Positions 9,742 to 20,210 of a stretch of 64,000 nt of DNA are shown here, in pieces (within the stretch, counting starts at the first letter, position 1; each line of letters starts with the position of its first letter). Position numbers and translations under genes: made by a program. A model generated the notes under the pieces. It saw only the letters and a program-made list of their open reading frames with translations. It ran no database searches and was not told the DNA's origin. The stretch covers positions 6,481-70,480 of the forward strand of contig JADFIA010000003.1 of assembly GCA_022566895.1 (NCBI GenBank), read 5' to 3'. The DNA is from Pseudomonadota bacterium. GTDB lineage: Bacteria; Pseudomonadota; Alphaproteobacteria; Sphingomonadales; SMXR01.

Positions 9742-10551
9742 ATGAGCGATCAGTTACTAGAGGGGGAACTTGACTTCCCGGAGATTAATGATCTCGACGA
9801 GGACCAACGCCTGGTCCTTAGTATCGAGGGCTTTGAGGGACCGCTCGATGTGCTTCTCATTCTGGCCCGCGCCCAGAAGGTCGATCTGGCGCAAATCTCG
9901 ATACTTGAGCTGGTTGAGCAGTATCTCGTCTTTATCACCCAAGCGCGCGGCCTGAGACTTGAGCTGGCGGCCGACTATCTGGTTATGGCCGCCTGGCTGG
10001 CCTATCTGAAGTCACGGCTTTTGCTTCCCGACGAGGAGGACGAAGAAGGCGAGAGCGCCGAGGAAATGGCGGCCCGTCTGCAACTGCAACTGCAACGGCT
10101 GGTGGCCATGCGCGAAGCCGGGGCGCAGTTGATGTCGCGCAACCGGGTCGGGCGCGATGTTTTCATGCGTGGGGCCCCGGAAGGTATTCGGATCCTGCGC
10201 AAGTCTGCCTATGATGTGACGCTCTATGAGTTGTTGAAGGGCTATTCCGAGCAGCGCCTTCGCGCCTCGATCGGTCATTTGACGATCCAACCCCGGCCCG
10301 TCTATTCCCTGGACGAGGCGCTGCACCGGCTATCCAGACTGATCGGCAAGGCGCTTGACTGGACGGTGTTGTCGGAATTTCTGCCGGCCGACACGCGCGA
10401 TCCCCAGTATCGCAAATCCGCTGTAGCCAGCATGTTTCTGGCCGGCCTGGAACTGGCCCGCGAGGGCAAGGCGGAAATTCGCCAGATGGAGGCTTTTGGA
10501 CCCTTGTATCTGCGCCGCAGGGAACGGACCGAGGAAGGACAAAAGGGCTAG
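9742..10551 (+). CDS. scpA: segregation and condensation protein A
   Basis: 'FEGPLDVLLILARAQKVDLAQISILELVEQYL' ScpA N-terminal signature. An alternative start exists at 9718. Confidence 0.85.
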   Translation: MSDQLLEGELDFPEINDLDEDQRLVLSIEGFEGPLDVLLILARAQKVDLAQISILELVEQYLVFITQARGLRLELAADYLVMAAWLAYLKSRLLLPDEEDEEGESAEEMAARLQLQLQRLVAMREAGAQLMSRNRVGRDVFMRGAPEGIRILRKSAYDVTLYELLKGYSEQRLRASIGHLTIQPRPVYSLDEALHRLSRLIGKALDWTVLSEFLPADTRDPQYRKSAVASMFLAGLELAREGKAEIRQMEAFGPLYLRRRERTEEGQKG

Positions 10552-10565
10552 GGAGCAGATGATTC

Positions 10566-11252
10566 ATGCCTGACGATACGGCATCCGAAGTGAGCAGCAT
10601 CAACGACGAAAGCGAACATTTAAGAATGGTCGAAGCGCTCTTGTTCGCCACCGACCAGCCGCTCTCGGTTGAGGATATTAAGGAACGGCTGCCCGATGAC
10701 GCCGATGTCGAGGCGCAAATAGAGACCATCCGGCGCCTTTATAGCGGCCGTGGCGTCAATCTCGTGAATGCCGCTGGCCGTTGGTATTTTCGGACCGCGC
10801 CGGACCTCTCGTTCCTGCTGCGCAAAGAGGTCGAGGATACCCGGAAGCTGTCGCGAGCCGGCGTCGAGACCTTGGCCATCATCGCCTACCATCAGCCGGT
10901 CACGCGGGCCGAGATCGAAGAGTTGCGTGGCGTCGGTCTGTGGCGCGGCACACTGGATATTCTATTGGAGGCCGGCTGGATCAAACCAATGGGCCGCCGC
11001 CGCACGCCGGGCCGGCCGGTGACCTATGGCACGACGCCAGAGTTTCTTGTGCATTTCGGTCTCGAATCGGTTGAGGATTTGCCGGGTGTCGATGAACTCA
11101 AAGCGGCAGGTCTTTTGGACAGCGTCGACCAGGCTCTGGGGCGCATGCAGAAGGAAATGGCGGCGGCCGAGAAAGAGCGGCTTGAAAAAAAGGCCCAGCT
11201 CGAGATGGAAATTGCCGCGGAGACCATGGCTGACGAGGGCGAAGAGGAATAG
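10566..11252 (+). CDS. scpB: segregation and condensation protein B
   Basis: 'VEALLFATDQPLSVEDI' and 'LAIIAYHQPVTRAEIEELRGV' winged-helix repeats. Confidence 0.85.
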   Translation: MPDDTASEVSSINDESEHLRMVEALLFATDQPLSVEDIKERLPDDADVEAQIETIRRLYSGRGVNLVNAAGRWYFRTAPDLSFLLRKEVEDTRKLSRAGVETLAIIAYHQPVTRAEIEELRGVGLWRGTLDILLEAGWIKPMGRRRTPGRPVTYGTTPEFLVHFGLESVEDLPGVDELKAAGLLDSVDQALGRMQKEMAAAEKERLEKKAQLEMEIAAETMADEGEEE

Positions 11253-11305
11253 ATATTGGCGCCATCATCCGCGAGGCCAGTCAATCCCCGAAAGAGCGTG
11301 ACGAG

Positions 11306-12352
11306 ATGACCGACGGACTTGAATTCGTAAATGTCAGTTTCTGTTACGGCAACATTCCGGCGGTCCGCGATTTTTCACTTGCCATCTCGGTCGGCGAAAT
11401 CGTTTGCCTCTTGGGACCCTCGGGTTGCGGGAAGACGACCGCTTTGCGGCTCGCAGCCGGGCTCGAGAGCCTCGATCAGGGCGACATAAAGATCGCCGGA
11501 CATTCTGTGTCGAAGCCAGGCCTTCACGTACCGCCCGAAGACCGCCGAATTGGTCTGGTGCCTCAGGAATATGCTCTTTTCCCGCATCTAAAAGTGCTCG
11601 ATAACGTCCGCTTCGGGCTTCAGAATCTGCCGCCCGACGAAGCGGAAGGAAAAGCGTTCGGTCTTTTGGCCCGGGTCGGTTTGGAAGGTAAGACCGGGTC
11701 GTGGCCGCATGAGCTTTCGGGCGGTGAACAGCAGCGCGTCGCTCTGGTAAGAGCGTTGGCGCCCGATCCGGCGGTGATGTTGATGGATGAACCGTTTTCG
11801 GGCCTCGATGTCAAAACCCGGGCCATCGTCCGCGAAGAGACCCGGCAGATCCTGCTGGAACGTCAGGTGCCGAGTCTCATCGTTACTCATGATCCCGAGG
11901 AGGCCTTGGCGCTCGGCGACCGCATCGCGGTAATGTTCGAGGGCCGCTTGGTGCAGGTTGGCAGCGGTGATGAGATCTACGACCTGCCGGCGACACCGTT
12001 CGTGATGGAGCTGTTCGGGGCCCCCAACCGGATCTCGGGACAGGTCGCCGGCGGTCGCGTCGACACTCCGTTCGGTAGCGGACCGGCCGAGGGATTTGAA
12101 CCGAGCCCCAGGGTCCTGGTGATGTTCCGCGAAGATGCGGTCAGATTGGTCGACCAGGGCAGCGGCCATAAAGGCCGCATCGCCGATCTGCGCCAGCTTG
12201 GGGCGATGGATATAGCGGTCGTCAAGCTGGCCGAACCGGAGGCCAGCCTGTTTGTCAAACTTGGGAGGGGTCATAACCGACAGATTGGGGAAACCGTGCA
12301 CCTTAGCGTGCAAACCGAGGATTTTCGTTGTTTTCGCTACGACAGCGAGTGA
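11306..12352 (+). CDS. ABC transporter ATP-binding protein (PotA/FbpC/CysA-like importer ATPase with C-terminal TOBE-like domain)
   Basis: Walker A 'GPSGCGKTT', signature 'LSGGEQQRVAL', Walker B 'LMDEPFSGLD'. No permease or binding protein is adjacent. Confidence 0.85.
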   Translation: MTDGLEFVNVSFCYGNIPAVRDFSLAISVGEIVCLLGPSGCGKTTALRLAAGLESLDQGDIKIAGHSVSKPGLHVPPEDRRIGLVPQEYALFPHLKVLDNVRFGLQNLPPDEAEGKAFGLLARVGLEGKTGSWPHELSGGEQQRVALVRALAPDPAVMLMDEPFSGLDVKTRAIVREETRQILLERQVPSLIVTHDPEEALALGDRIAVMFEGRLVQVGSGDEIYDLPATPFVMELFGAPNRISGQVAGGRVDTPFGSGPAEGFEPSPRVLVMFREDAVRLVDQGSGHKGRIADLRQLGAMDIAVVKLAEPEASLFVKLGRGHNRQIGETVHLSVQTEDFRCFRYDSE

Positions 12353-12476
12353 TCAGCGCGGCGTATTTTCACCCCTCGAGCCGGTTGCGGAGCGTTCTGT
12401 AATCTGACAAAATGCGGCTCGCATGTGCCGCCGCGCTTGGCGTGCAGCATGCCAGGATTTAAGGAAGGAGCTTTCA

Positions 12477-12689
12477 ATGTCACCAGGCCTCGGTAGTATT
12501 ATCCTCGTCGTCATCCTGATCGTGCTTCTCTTTGGTCGCGGAAAAATTTCCGCCCTGATGGGCGACCTGGCCAAGGGAATCACGAGCTTTAAGAAGGGTC
12601 TGAAAGAAGACTCCGGGGATGACGAAGACGGCAGTAATGACGCCGACAATAAAGGCGAGGAAAAATTGGAAGAATCCGATAAGTCTTAA
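12477..12689 (+). CDS. tatA: twin-arginine translocase subunit TatA
   Basis: '[34 protein letters not shown]'. AAGGAAGGAG RBS lies ahead of the ATG at 12477. Confidence 0.85.
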   Translation: MSPGLGSIILVVILIVLLFGRGKISALMGDLAKGITSFKKGLKEDSGDDEDGSNDADNKGEEKLEESDKS

Positions 12690-12766
12690 GATCGCGCGAA
12701 GGTGGGGTCCTGGGCGGGCGAGTGGTTTGACCTGCCCGAACAGCCTTCGGTTGGCGAGGGTATTCG

Positions 12767-13177
12767 ATGTTTGACATTGCCGGAACCGAGCTCCTTTTGA
12801 TCGTCGTGATCGCGGTCATTGTTATCGGTCCGAAGGATCTTCCCAGAATGATGCGTGGCATGGGACGCTGGGCTCGCAAGATCCGGGCGGCCTCGAGCGA
12901 ATTTCGGCGTCAGTTCGACCAACTGGCCAGGGAGGCCGAGTTGGACGAGATTATCAACGAGGCTAATGCGGCCGGCCGCAAGCTCGATCCCAAAAACATG
13001 ATCCAACAGGTGCTTGATCCGGAGCACGAATTCGACAATCCGGTCATGGACGAGCATTTTCTTGGCGATCCGCCGGTCGAAAAAGCCGGTCAGGAGAAGC
13101 AGACCCAACCCGAAGATAACGGCCAGGATAAGGGCGGAGAAAAACAGCCCGGGGATAACGAGGAGTCCGGGTCATGA
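12767..13177 (+). CDS. tatB: twin-arginine translocase subunit TatB
   Basis: 'MFDIAGTELLLIVVIAVIVIGPKDLPRMMR...' TatA/B fold with a long acidic tail. Overlaps the tatC start. Confidence 0.8.
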   Translation: MFDIAGTELLLIVVIAVIVIGPKDLPRMMRGMGRWARKIRAASSEFRRQFDQLAREAELDEIINEANAAGRKLDPKNMIQQVLDPEHEFDNPVMDEHFLGDPPVEKAGQEKQTQPEDNGQDKGGEKQPGDNEESGS

Positions 13178-13962
13178 CCACGGCCACGGATCGTGAGGCG
13201 GTGGACGCAAACAAAGCGCCGCTCCTGGAGCATCTTATTGAATTGCGCCGGCGCCTGATCATTGCCTTCAGCGGCCTCTTTGTGGGCATGGTGGTGTGTT
13301 ACGTTTTCTCGGACAGAATCTTCGACTTTCTGGTCCAGCCTCTGGCCGATGCGTTCGCAGGCCAGGAAGGGCGGCGGATGATTTTCACTGCTCTTCACGA
13401 AGCTTTTGTGGTCAAGCTCAAAATCGCTTTCTTTGGCGGTTTGTTTCTAACCCTGCCGATCATTGCCGTACAAATCTGGAAATTCGTGGCGCCCGGGCTT
13501 TACAAGAACGAGCGCCGGGCCTTTCTGCCCTTTGTGGTGGCCACGCCGGCCCTGTTCTTTCTCGGTGCCTCCCTCGTGTACTACCTTGTCATGCCGCTTG
13601 CCTGGCAGTTTTTCTTGAGCTTCGAGACGCCAGGCACCGGCGGCGGCCTGCCGATCGAGCTGGAGGCCAGGGTCGGCGAGTACCTCTCCCTGGTGATGAA
13701 GCTGATCATCGCTTTTGGCATCAGTTTTCAGTTGCCGGTGCTGCTGACGCTGATGGGCCGGGCCGGTTTGGTAACCGCCGACGGTCTTCGCCGGCAGCGC
13801 AAATACGCATTGATCATCGTTTTTGTAGTGGCCGCCTTCCTGACGCCGCCCGATGTGATCTCTCAGGTCTTGCTTGGCATTCCCGTACTGCTTCTTTATG
13901 AATTGTCCATCTTCGCCATCCGGCTGAGTGAAAAGCGCCGCGAGGCAGAGGAAGGCGACTGA
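13174..13962 (+). CDS. tatC: twin-arginine translocase subunit TatC
   Basis: 'LLEHLIELRRRLI', six TM segments and the 'FLTPPDVISQ' motif. Confidence 0.9.
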   Translation: MTTATDREAVDANKAPLLEHLIELRRRLIIAFSGLFVGMVVCYVFSDRIFDFLVQPLADAFAGQEGRRMIFTALHEAFVVKLKIAFFGGLFLTLPIIAVQIWKFVAPGLYKNERRAFLPFVVATPALFFLGASLVYYLVMPLAWQFFLSFETPGTGGGLPIELEARVGEYLSLVMKLIIAFGISFQLPVLLTLMGRAGLVTADGLRRQRKYALIIVFVVAAFLTPPDVISQVLLGIPVLLLYELSIFAIRLSEKRREAEEGD

Positions 13963-13985
13963 ACGGCCCTGGGGGAACTTTCTAG

Positions 13986-15260
13986 ATGTTCGATCTGAAA
14001 CTCATCCGGGACGATCCCGACGGTTTCGATAAGGCACTGGCGCGACGGGGGGAAGGCCCGGTCGCGGCCCGTCTTCTCAAGCTCGATGCAGAGCGGCGAA
14101 AATTTCAGACTCTGGTTCAGGAGGCCCAAGCGCAACGCAACAAACTTTCGGAAGAGATTGGCCAGGCCAAGGCGGCCGGCCAGGACGCCGGCGATCTGGT
14201 GACCGCGGGCGGCAAGCTGAAATCATCGATCCAGGAAAACGAAGATCACGAACGTGGCCTGGCAAACGAGCTTGACGTTCTGTTGGCCCAATTGCCCAAC
14301 CTGCCGCTCGAGGGGGTACCGGACGGTGAAGGTGAAGCTGAAAACCGGCTGATCCGAGAGGTCGGAGACAAGCGCCAGTTTGAATTCGAGCCGCGTGAAC
14401 ATTTCGACTTGGGGGAAAACCTCGGCTTGATGGATTTCGAAGCCGCTGGCCGCATGTCGGGCGCCAGGTTTGTGATCCTTAAAGGCGCTCTGGCGCGGCT
14501 TGAGCGGGTCTTGGGGCAGTTCATGCTCGATCTGCATACAAGCGGGCACGGTTATCAAGAGGTCGCGACGCCTGCATTGGTGCGTGAGGAAGCAATGTTC
14601 GGGACCGGGCAACTGCCCAAATTCGCCGGGGAATCGTACCGCACCGAAGACGGCCTGTGGCTCATCCCCACGGCCGAGGTAACGCTTACCAATCTGGGGC
14701 GCGACGCCATATGGAAGGAAGATGATCTGCCGCTACGCTATACCGCGCTGACCACCTGTTTCCGCTCCGAAGCGGGTTCGGCCGGCAAAGATACGCGCGG
14801 CATGATGCGCCAGCACCAGTTTTCAAAAGTCGAGCTGGTGAGCATAACGGCGCCTGAAGACTCGGACGCTGAACTGGAGCGCATGACCGGCTGCGCCGAG
14901 GAGGTTCTCAAGCAATTGGGGCTGGCCTACCGGGTCATGGAACTGTCGACCGGGGAAATGGGCTTTTCCGTCCAACGCACCTATGACCTTGAGGTCTGGT
15001 TGCCGGGGCCGGGTCGCTACCGCGAGATTTCAAGCTGCTCGACCTGCGGCGATTTTCAGGCCCGGCGCATGAACATGCGCTGCCGCAAAAATGGCGACAA
15101 GGTGAGCCGCTTCCCGCATACCCTTAACGGTTCCGGCCTGGCGGTCGGTCGGACGTTGATCGCGATTATGGAGACCTATCAGCGGGCCGACGGCTCGATC
15201 GAAATTCCGGAAGTTCTTCGCAGCTATATGAACGGCGAAGAAACGATCGGCGCCGCATGA
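13986..15260 (+). CDS. serS: seryl-tRNA synthetase
   Basis: '[12 protein letters not shown]' plus class II motifs 'TCFRSEAGS' and '[13 protein letters not shown]'. Confidence 0.95.
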   Translation: MFDLKLIRDDPDGFDKALARRGEGPVAARLLKLDAERRKFQTLVQEAQAQRNKLSEEIGQAKAAGQDAGDLVTAGGKLKSSIQENEDHERGLANELDVLLAQLPNLPLEGVPDGEGEAENRLIREVGDKRQFEFEPREHFDLGENLGLMDFEAAGRMSGARFVILKGALARLERVLGQFMLDLHTSGHGYQEVATPALVREEAMFGTGQLPKFAGESYRTEDGLWLIPTAEVTLTNLGRDAIWKEDDLPLRYTALTTCFRSEAGSAGKDTRGMMRQHQFSKVELVSITAPEDSDAELERMTGCAEEVLKQLGLAYRVMELSTGEMGFSVQRTYDLEVWLPGPGRYREISSCSTCGDFQARRMNMRCRKNGDKVSRFPHTLNGSGLAVGRTLIAIMETYQRADGSIEIPEVLRSYMNGEETIGAA

Positions 15261-16045
15261 CCTGGGCGCCGCCCAGCTTCGAGCGGATTCTGGTTACCAA
15301 TGACGACGGCATCGAGGCCAGCGGCCTCAAGCTTCTGGAAGATATTGCAGGCGCCCTGAGCGACGAGGTCTGGGTGATAGCCCCACAAAGCGAGCAATCG
15401 GGGGCCGGCCATTCGCTTACCCTAAGCGAGCCGATGCGGATCCGTCGGTTGAACCGGCGCCGATTTGCAATCAGCGGCACGCCCACCGACAGCGTCATGC
15501 TGGCGCTCAATCACATTATGAAGGATCAACCGCCGACGCTTCTGCTCTCGGGGATTAATCGGGGCGTCAATCTGGCCGAGGACTTGACCTATTCGGGGAC
15601 CGTCGCGGCGGCCTTTGAAGGGTCGCTGGCCGGTGTCCCTTCCCTGGCCTTAAGTCAGGAGCGGCGGCGCGACCAGCGACGGGCCGACTGGGAGGTGGCG
15701 GCCGCGCATACCGAGGTTTTGTTGCGGGATTTGGTGGCCGCAGGCTGGCCCGAAGGGGTTTGTCTGAATATCAACTTTCCCTCGGCCGAACGCGGTCCCT
15801 TGAAAGGACGTCGAGTCACCTGCCAGGGCCGTCGGGATCTCGGTCGCCTGAGGGTCGATGAGCGCCTCGATCCCCGCGGCTTTCCTTATTATTGGTTCGA
15901 TCTGCGCCGGGACGGCGAGACCTCGGCCGAGGCCAGCGATCTCTGGGCGGTTCAGAACGGCTGGGTTTCTATCACGCCGCTGCATCTTGACCTGACACAC
16001 AAAGATACGTTGGCCCAGCTGACGGCACGGCTCGATCAGGACTGA
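15257..16045 (+). CDS. surE: 5'/3'-nucleotidase SurE
   Basis: '[14 protein letters not shown]...[22 protein letters not shown]'. ATGA overlap with serS. Confidence 0.9.
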   Translation: MTWAPPSFERILVTNDDGIEASGLKLLEDIAGALSDEVWVIAPQSEQSGAGHSLTLSEPMRIRRLNRRRFAISGTPTDSVMLALNHIMKDQPPTLLLSGINRGVNLAEDLTYSGTVAAAFEGSLAGVPSLALSQERRRDQRRADWEVAAAHTEVLLRDLVAAGWPEGVCLNINFPSAERGPLKGRRVTCQGRRDLGRLRVDERLDPRGFPYYWFDLRRDGETSAEASDLWAVQNGWVSITPLHLDLTHKDTLAQLTARLDQD

Positions 16046-16086
16046 GGCACTTGCAAGGCCTTTGATCCACTCTTAAGATTCGAGAC

Positions 16087-17085
16087 ATGCGCGCCCGAGC
16101 GAAACGATTGCCGGTTATTGCGCCTGCCGAATGGCGGCGTCTTGCAAAATTGGCTATGCTTTTGTCGATTCTAACGCTGCCGGCCTGCGGGATTTCGAGC
16201 GACTATCGCAACATTAAACCCAAATACGAGGTCAGAAACGCTCCCATACCGGTGCCCAAGCCGCGCTCAAAACCGGCCAGCATCATCAATCGGGCAAGCG
16301 ATGCGCCGGTGGTCAAAACGCCAAGCGCTATCGCCGCCGAATACCGGGTCCGGCGCGGCGATACAGTCTATGGCGTCGCCCGCCGGCATGGTCTGGATGC
16401 CCAGCAGATCATCCGAGCCAATGGTCTTCGGGCGCCCTATGTCTTGCGGCCGGGCGACCGCCTGCAATTGCCGGTGCCGGCCTATCATATGGTCCGCAGG
16501 GGCGAGACAAGCTACGGAATATCGCGCCAATATGCGGTTAGCCTGACCAGCCTGGTGCGCCTCAATGGCCTCAAACCACCCTATCGGCTGGAGATCGGAC
16601 AACGGCTTAAAATACCGGGCCATACCAGCCCACCGGCCAATAACGCAGGGCCGTCGCCCAGGGGCCAAAAGAAAGCCGCGCTACCGTCCCCGCCGCCGCG
16701 TCAGGGCAGCGCCTTCATGTGGCCCTTGAAGGGCCGGGTGCTCTCGAGTTATGGCCCCAAGGCGGGCGGCCTGCATAACGACGGGATCAATATTCGGGCC
16801 AAAGCCGGCAGCGCCGTTAGGGCGGCCGAAGCCGGGATCGTCGTCTACTCGGCGGACGGTTTGAAGGGCTACGGCAATCTCATCCTGATCCGCCACAGCG
16901 ACGGCTGGGTTACAGCTTACGCCCACAATGAGGAGCTGTTGGTCAAGCGCGGCGACACGGTCGGCCGAGGTCAGTTGATCGCCCGATCCGGCAACACCGG
17001 AGGGGTCAAGGAGCCGCAGTTGCATTTCGAAGTGCGCAAGGGAACGACGGCGGTCAACCCCCTGAAATATTTGGCCGCGTTCTAG
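16087..17085 (+). CDS. LysM-domain M23 peptidase lipoprotein (NlpD-like)
   Basis: Lipobox 'LTLPAC', two LysM repeats ('YRVRRGDTVYGVARRH', 'HMVRRGETSYGISRQY') and an M23 core 'GINIRA...GNLILIRH...YAHN...GNTG...LHFEVR'. Confidence 0.85.
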   Translation: MRARAKRLPVIAPAEWRRLAKLAMLLSILTLPACGISSDYRNIKPKYEVRNAPIPVPKPRSKPASIINRASDAPVVKTPSAIAAEYRVRRGDTVYGVARRHGLDAQQIIRANGLRAPYVLRPGDRLQLPVPAYHMVRRGETSYGISRQYAVSLTSLVRLNGLKPPYRLEIGQRLKIPGHTSPPANNAGPSPRGQKKAALPSPPPRQGSAFMWPLKGRVLSSYGPKAGGLHNDGINIRAKAGSAVRAAEAGIVVYSADGLKGYGNLILIRHSDGWVTAYAHNEELLVKRGDTVGRGQLIARSGNTGGVKEPQLHFEVRKGTTAVNPLKYLAAF

Positions 17086-17131
17086 GCATCCCTTGAAAAG
17101 AGCGCTCTCGGTCCCCTGATTAGACAAGCGG

Positions 17132-17159
17132 TTGCTTTTGGTGGCAGGGCGGCTATATT
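17132..17159 (+). promoter_or_regulatory. candidate sigma70-type promoter for yajC-secDF
   Basis: TTGCTT, 16-nt spacer, TATATT. Ends 58 nt upstream of the yajC ATG. Judged by eye only. Confidence 0.3.
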
Positions 17160-17216
17160 CGCGCCACCAGCGACCCCGGACCAGACTCAAAATTGGAATA
17201 GCGACAGAGTAGCCAT

Positions 17217-17546
17217 ATGTTTATTTCCCAAGCTCTTGCGCAAACCGCCGGCGTCGAAACCGGCAGCCCCATTTTTGGCAGCGTCCTGATGTGGGGCCTG
17301 ATCATCGTCATCTTTTATTTCCTGCTCATTCGCCCACAGAACCAACGCATGAAAAAACACCGGGCGATGGTCGCGGCCGCCAAGCGGGGCGATACGGTGG
17401 TTACCGGCGGCGGCATCGTCGGCAAGGTAATCCGGGTCAAGGACGACGAGGTGCAGGTCGAGATTGCCGATAACGTGCGGGTCAATGTGCTCAAATCCAC
17501 CTTGTCCGACGTGCGTGTCAAAGGCACGCTGAAAAAAGGCAACTAG
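17217..17546 (+). CDS. yajC: preprotein translocase subunit YajC
   Basis: 'IVIFYFLLIRPQNQRMKKHRAMV...GDTVVTGGGIVGKV'. Confidence 0.85.
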   Translation: MFISQALAQTAGVETGSPIFGSVLMWGLIIVIFYFLLIRPQNQRMKKHRAMVAAAKRGDTVVTGGGIVGKVIRVKDDEVQVEIADNVRVNVLKSTLSDVRVKGTLKKGN

Positions 17547-17583
17547 CCGGCATCCTGGCCGGGATTCAACGGGTAACTCACTC

Positions 17584-19197
17584 ATGGCTCAAGGAAATAT
17601 GCTGACCTTCCCGGCCTGGAAGATTGGCCTTGTGATTACGATCTGTCTGGCCGGATTTTTCACGGCGCTGCCGAATTTTTTCTCCGAGCAGCAGCTCGCG
17701 CGGTTCCCGGCCATCCTGCCAACCCAGCAGGTCAGCCTGGGGCTCGACCTGCAGGGCGGTTCGCACATGCTTCTCGAAGTGGATATGGAAGGGGTGATCG
17801 CCGAGCGGCTCGAAATTCTTCTTGATGAGGTGCGCTCAATCCTGCGCCAGAACCGGATCCGCTACACCGGCCTTTCGATCAAGGACGGGGCGATCGTCTT
17901 TCAGACCCGCGGCGAAGTGGCGCCGGGGCACGTGGTCGATATTCTCGATGAGCTTTCCCAGCCGATTGTTAGCGGTCTGAGCGTTGTGCCGTCCCGCGAT
18001 GTGGATATCGACGATCTGGGCGGCGGTGCGTTTCAGCTCAGTCTGACGCCCGAAGGAATCCAGGAGCGGCGCCAGCAGGCGCTCGCCCAGTCGATCGAGG
18101 TCATCCGCCGACGGGTTGACGAAATGGGGACACGCGAGCCGAGTATTCAGAGCCAGGGTGGCGAACGAATACTGGTTCAGGTTCCGGGTCTTCAGGATCC
18201 GGCAGAGCTTCGCGACATGCTGAACACAAAAGCCCGTCTGACCTTCCATTTGGTCGACGAGAATATCTCGCCGATCGATATCCAGCGCGGCCGCATCCCG
18301 CCGGGCTGGAAGGTTCTACCGCAAGTGGATATGGGCGTGCCGATTGTCGTCCAGCGTCGGCCAATGGTCTCGGGCGAGAATGTTAAGGACGCCAGGCCCG
18401 GATTCGACCAGAATGGTCTGCCGGCGGTGATCATCAGCTTCGACATCACGGGAGCCAGGAAGTTTGGTGAGGCGACACGCCGCAATGTCCTGCGGCTGTT
18501 TGCGATCGTCCTCGACGACGAAGTGATCAGCGCGCCCAGAATCCAGGAGCCGATCCTCGGTGGAACCGCCCAGATCACCGGCAGCTTTACGGTCGAGACG
18601 GCGAACAATCTGTCCATCCTGTTGCGGGCCGGAGCCCTGCCGGCCGAGCTAACGGTCTTGGAGGAGCGAACGGTAGGGCCCGATCTCGGGGCCGATTCGG
18701 TTGCCGCGGGAAAAATGGCGGCACTCATCGGAATGGCCGCGGTGCTGGTCTTTATTATTCTTTCCTACGGCTGGTTCGGGGTCGCCGCCAATGTGGCGCT
18801 TATAATCAATATCATGATCATTTTTGGCACTCTGTCGGTCATCCAGGCAACGCTGACACTGCCGGGTATCGCCGGCATCGTCCTGACGGTCGGCATGGCG
18901 GTTGACGCAAATGTGCTTGTTTTCGAGCGTATACGCGAAGAAGTCAGGATCGGCCGATCGCCGTTGCAGGCGGTCGAGAAGGGCTACAGTCATGCCTTGC
19001 CGACGATTCTCGATGCCAATATCACGACCCTGATCGCGGCTGTCATTCTGTTCCAGTTCGGCTCGGGACCGGTCAAGGGATTTGCGGTCACGCTGGCGAT
19101 CGGAATCATTACTTCTGTCTTTACGGCGGTCACCGTAACCCGGCTGATGATAGCCACCACCTTGCGCCGTCGCCGCCCGACCAGCTTGAGATTGTAG
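17584..19197 (+). CDS. secD: protein translocase subunit SecD
   Basis: 'LGLDLQGGSHMLLEV', a large periplasmic domain, and a C-terminal six-TM region 'GIAGIVLTVGMAVDANVLVFERIREE'. Confidence 0.9.
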   Translation: MAQGNMLTFPAWKIGLVITICLAGFFTALPNFFSEQQLARFPAILPTQQVSLGLDLQGGSHMLLEVDMEGVIAERLEILLDEVRSILRQNRIRYTGLSIKDGAIVFQTRGEVAPGHVVDILDELSQPIVSGLSVVPSRDVDIDDLGGGAFQLSLTPEGIQERRQQALAQSIEVIRRRVDEMGTREPSIQSQGGERILVQVPGLQDPAELRDMLNTKARLTFHLVDENISPIDIQRGRIPPGWKVLPQVDMGVPIVVQRRPMVSGENVKDARPGFDQNGLPAVIISFDITGARKFGEATRRNVLRLFAIVLDDEVISAPRIQEPILGGTAQITGSFTVETANNLSILLRAGALPAELTVLEERTVGPDLGADSVAAGKMAALIGMAAVLVFIILSYGWFGVAANVALIINIMIIFGTLSVIQATLTLPGIAGIVLTVGMAVDANVLVFERIREEVRIGRSPLQAVEKGYSHALPTILDANITTLIAAVILFQFGSGPVKGFAVTLAIGIITSVFTAVTVTRLMIATTLRRRRPTSLRL

Positions 19198-19207
19198 GGA
19201 GCGGGCG

Positions 19208-20188
19208 ATGAAACTTCTAAAGCTGGTTCCCGAGGAAACCAACATTCCGTTCCTCCGCTATCGTTTTCCGGCGGCGATCTTCTCGGCTACATTGATCGTT
19301 CTGTCGATCGGCATCTTATTTATCCAGGGCGTGAACAAGGGTATCGACTTTGAAGGCGGCATCCTGATCGAGGTCGGAACCCAAGCGCCGGCCGATCTGG
19401 CGCTGTTCCGCTCGGCCCTGGGCGGGCAAGGGTTCGGGGACGTGGCCGTGCAGGCCTTTGGCACGAAAAACGAAGTGCTGATCCGCATCGAGCGCCAGCC
19501 GGCCGCGGTGACAGAAGATATGAGCCGGTCTGAGGTCGTCAAGGCTGAACAGGAGGCGCAACAACAGGTGGTCCGAAGAGTTCAGGAGGCGCTTGAGGCG
19601 GTCATGGAGGGCCTCAGTTACCGGCGGGTCGAATTTGTCGGGCCCAAGGTCAGCGGCGAGCTGGTAGAGGCGGGGGTGCTGGCCGTGCTGGTCGCTGTAG
19701 GGGCGGTGCTTTTATACATCTGGTTTCGGTTCGAGTGGCATTTCGGCGTCGGTGCGGTCATTGCGCTGCTTCACGACGTGGTCTTGACCATGGGCTTCTT
19801 TTCAGTGATTGGGCTGGAATTCAACCTGTCGATTGTTGCGGCGATTCTGACCATCGTCGGATATTCCTTGAACGACACGGTGGTGATCTATGACCGGATC
19901 AGAGAAAACTTGCGCAAGTTCCGGAACAAGCCGATTGTGGATGTCCTCAATTTGTCGCTAAACAACACCCTGAGCCGCACCATCATGACCTCGCTAACCA
20001 CACTGTTGGCGCTGGGTTCCCTGTTCTTCTTTGGCGGGGCCGTGATCAAGGGGTTTACCGCGGCGATGATCTGGGGCGTTTTTGTCGGCACCTATTCCTC
20101 GGTCTTTATCGCCGCCCCGGTTTTGCTCTATTTTAAACTTGATCGCTCGCATATGGCGATCGGCGAGGGGGCCGGCCGCAACGCTTAA
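19208..20188 (+). CDS. secF: protein translocase subunit SecF
   Basis: 'GIDFEGG', 'GYSLNDTVVIYDRIREN' and 'TSLTTLLAL'. Confidence 0.9.
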   Translation: MKLLKLVPEETNIPFLRYRFPAAIFSATLIVLSIGILFIQGVNKGIDFEGGILIEVGTQAPADLALFRSALGGQGFGDVAVQAFGTKNEVLIRIERQPAAVTEDMSRSEVVKAEQEAQQQVVRRVQEALEAVMEGLSYRRVEFVGPKVSGELVEAGVLAVLVAVGAVLLYIWFRFEWHFGVGAVIALLHDVVLTMGFFSVIGLEFNLSIVAAILTIVGYSLNDTVVIYDRIRENLRKFRNKPIVDVLNLSLNNTLSRTIMTSLTTLLALGSLFFFGGAVIKGFTAAMIWGVFVGTYSSVFIAAPVLLYFKLDRSHMAIGEGAGRNA

Positions 20189-20210
20189 ATTGTCCCAGGG
20201 AGGGGAACCC

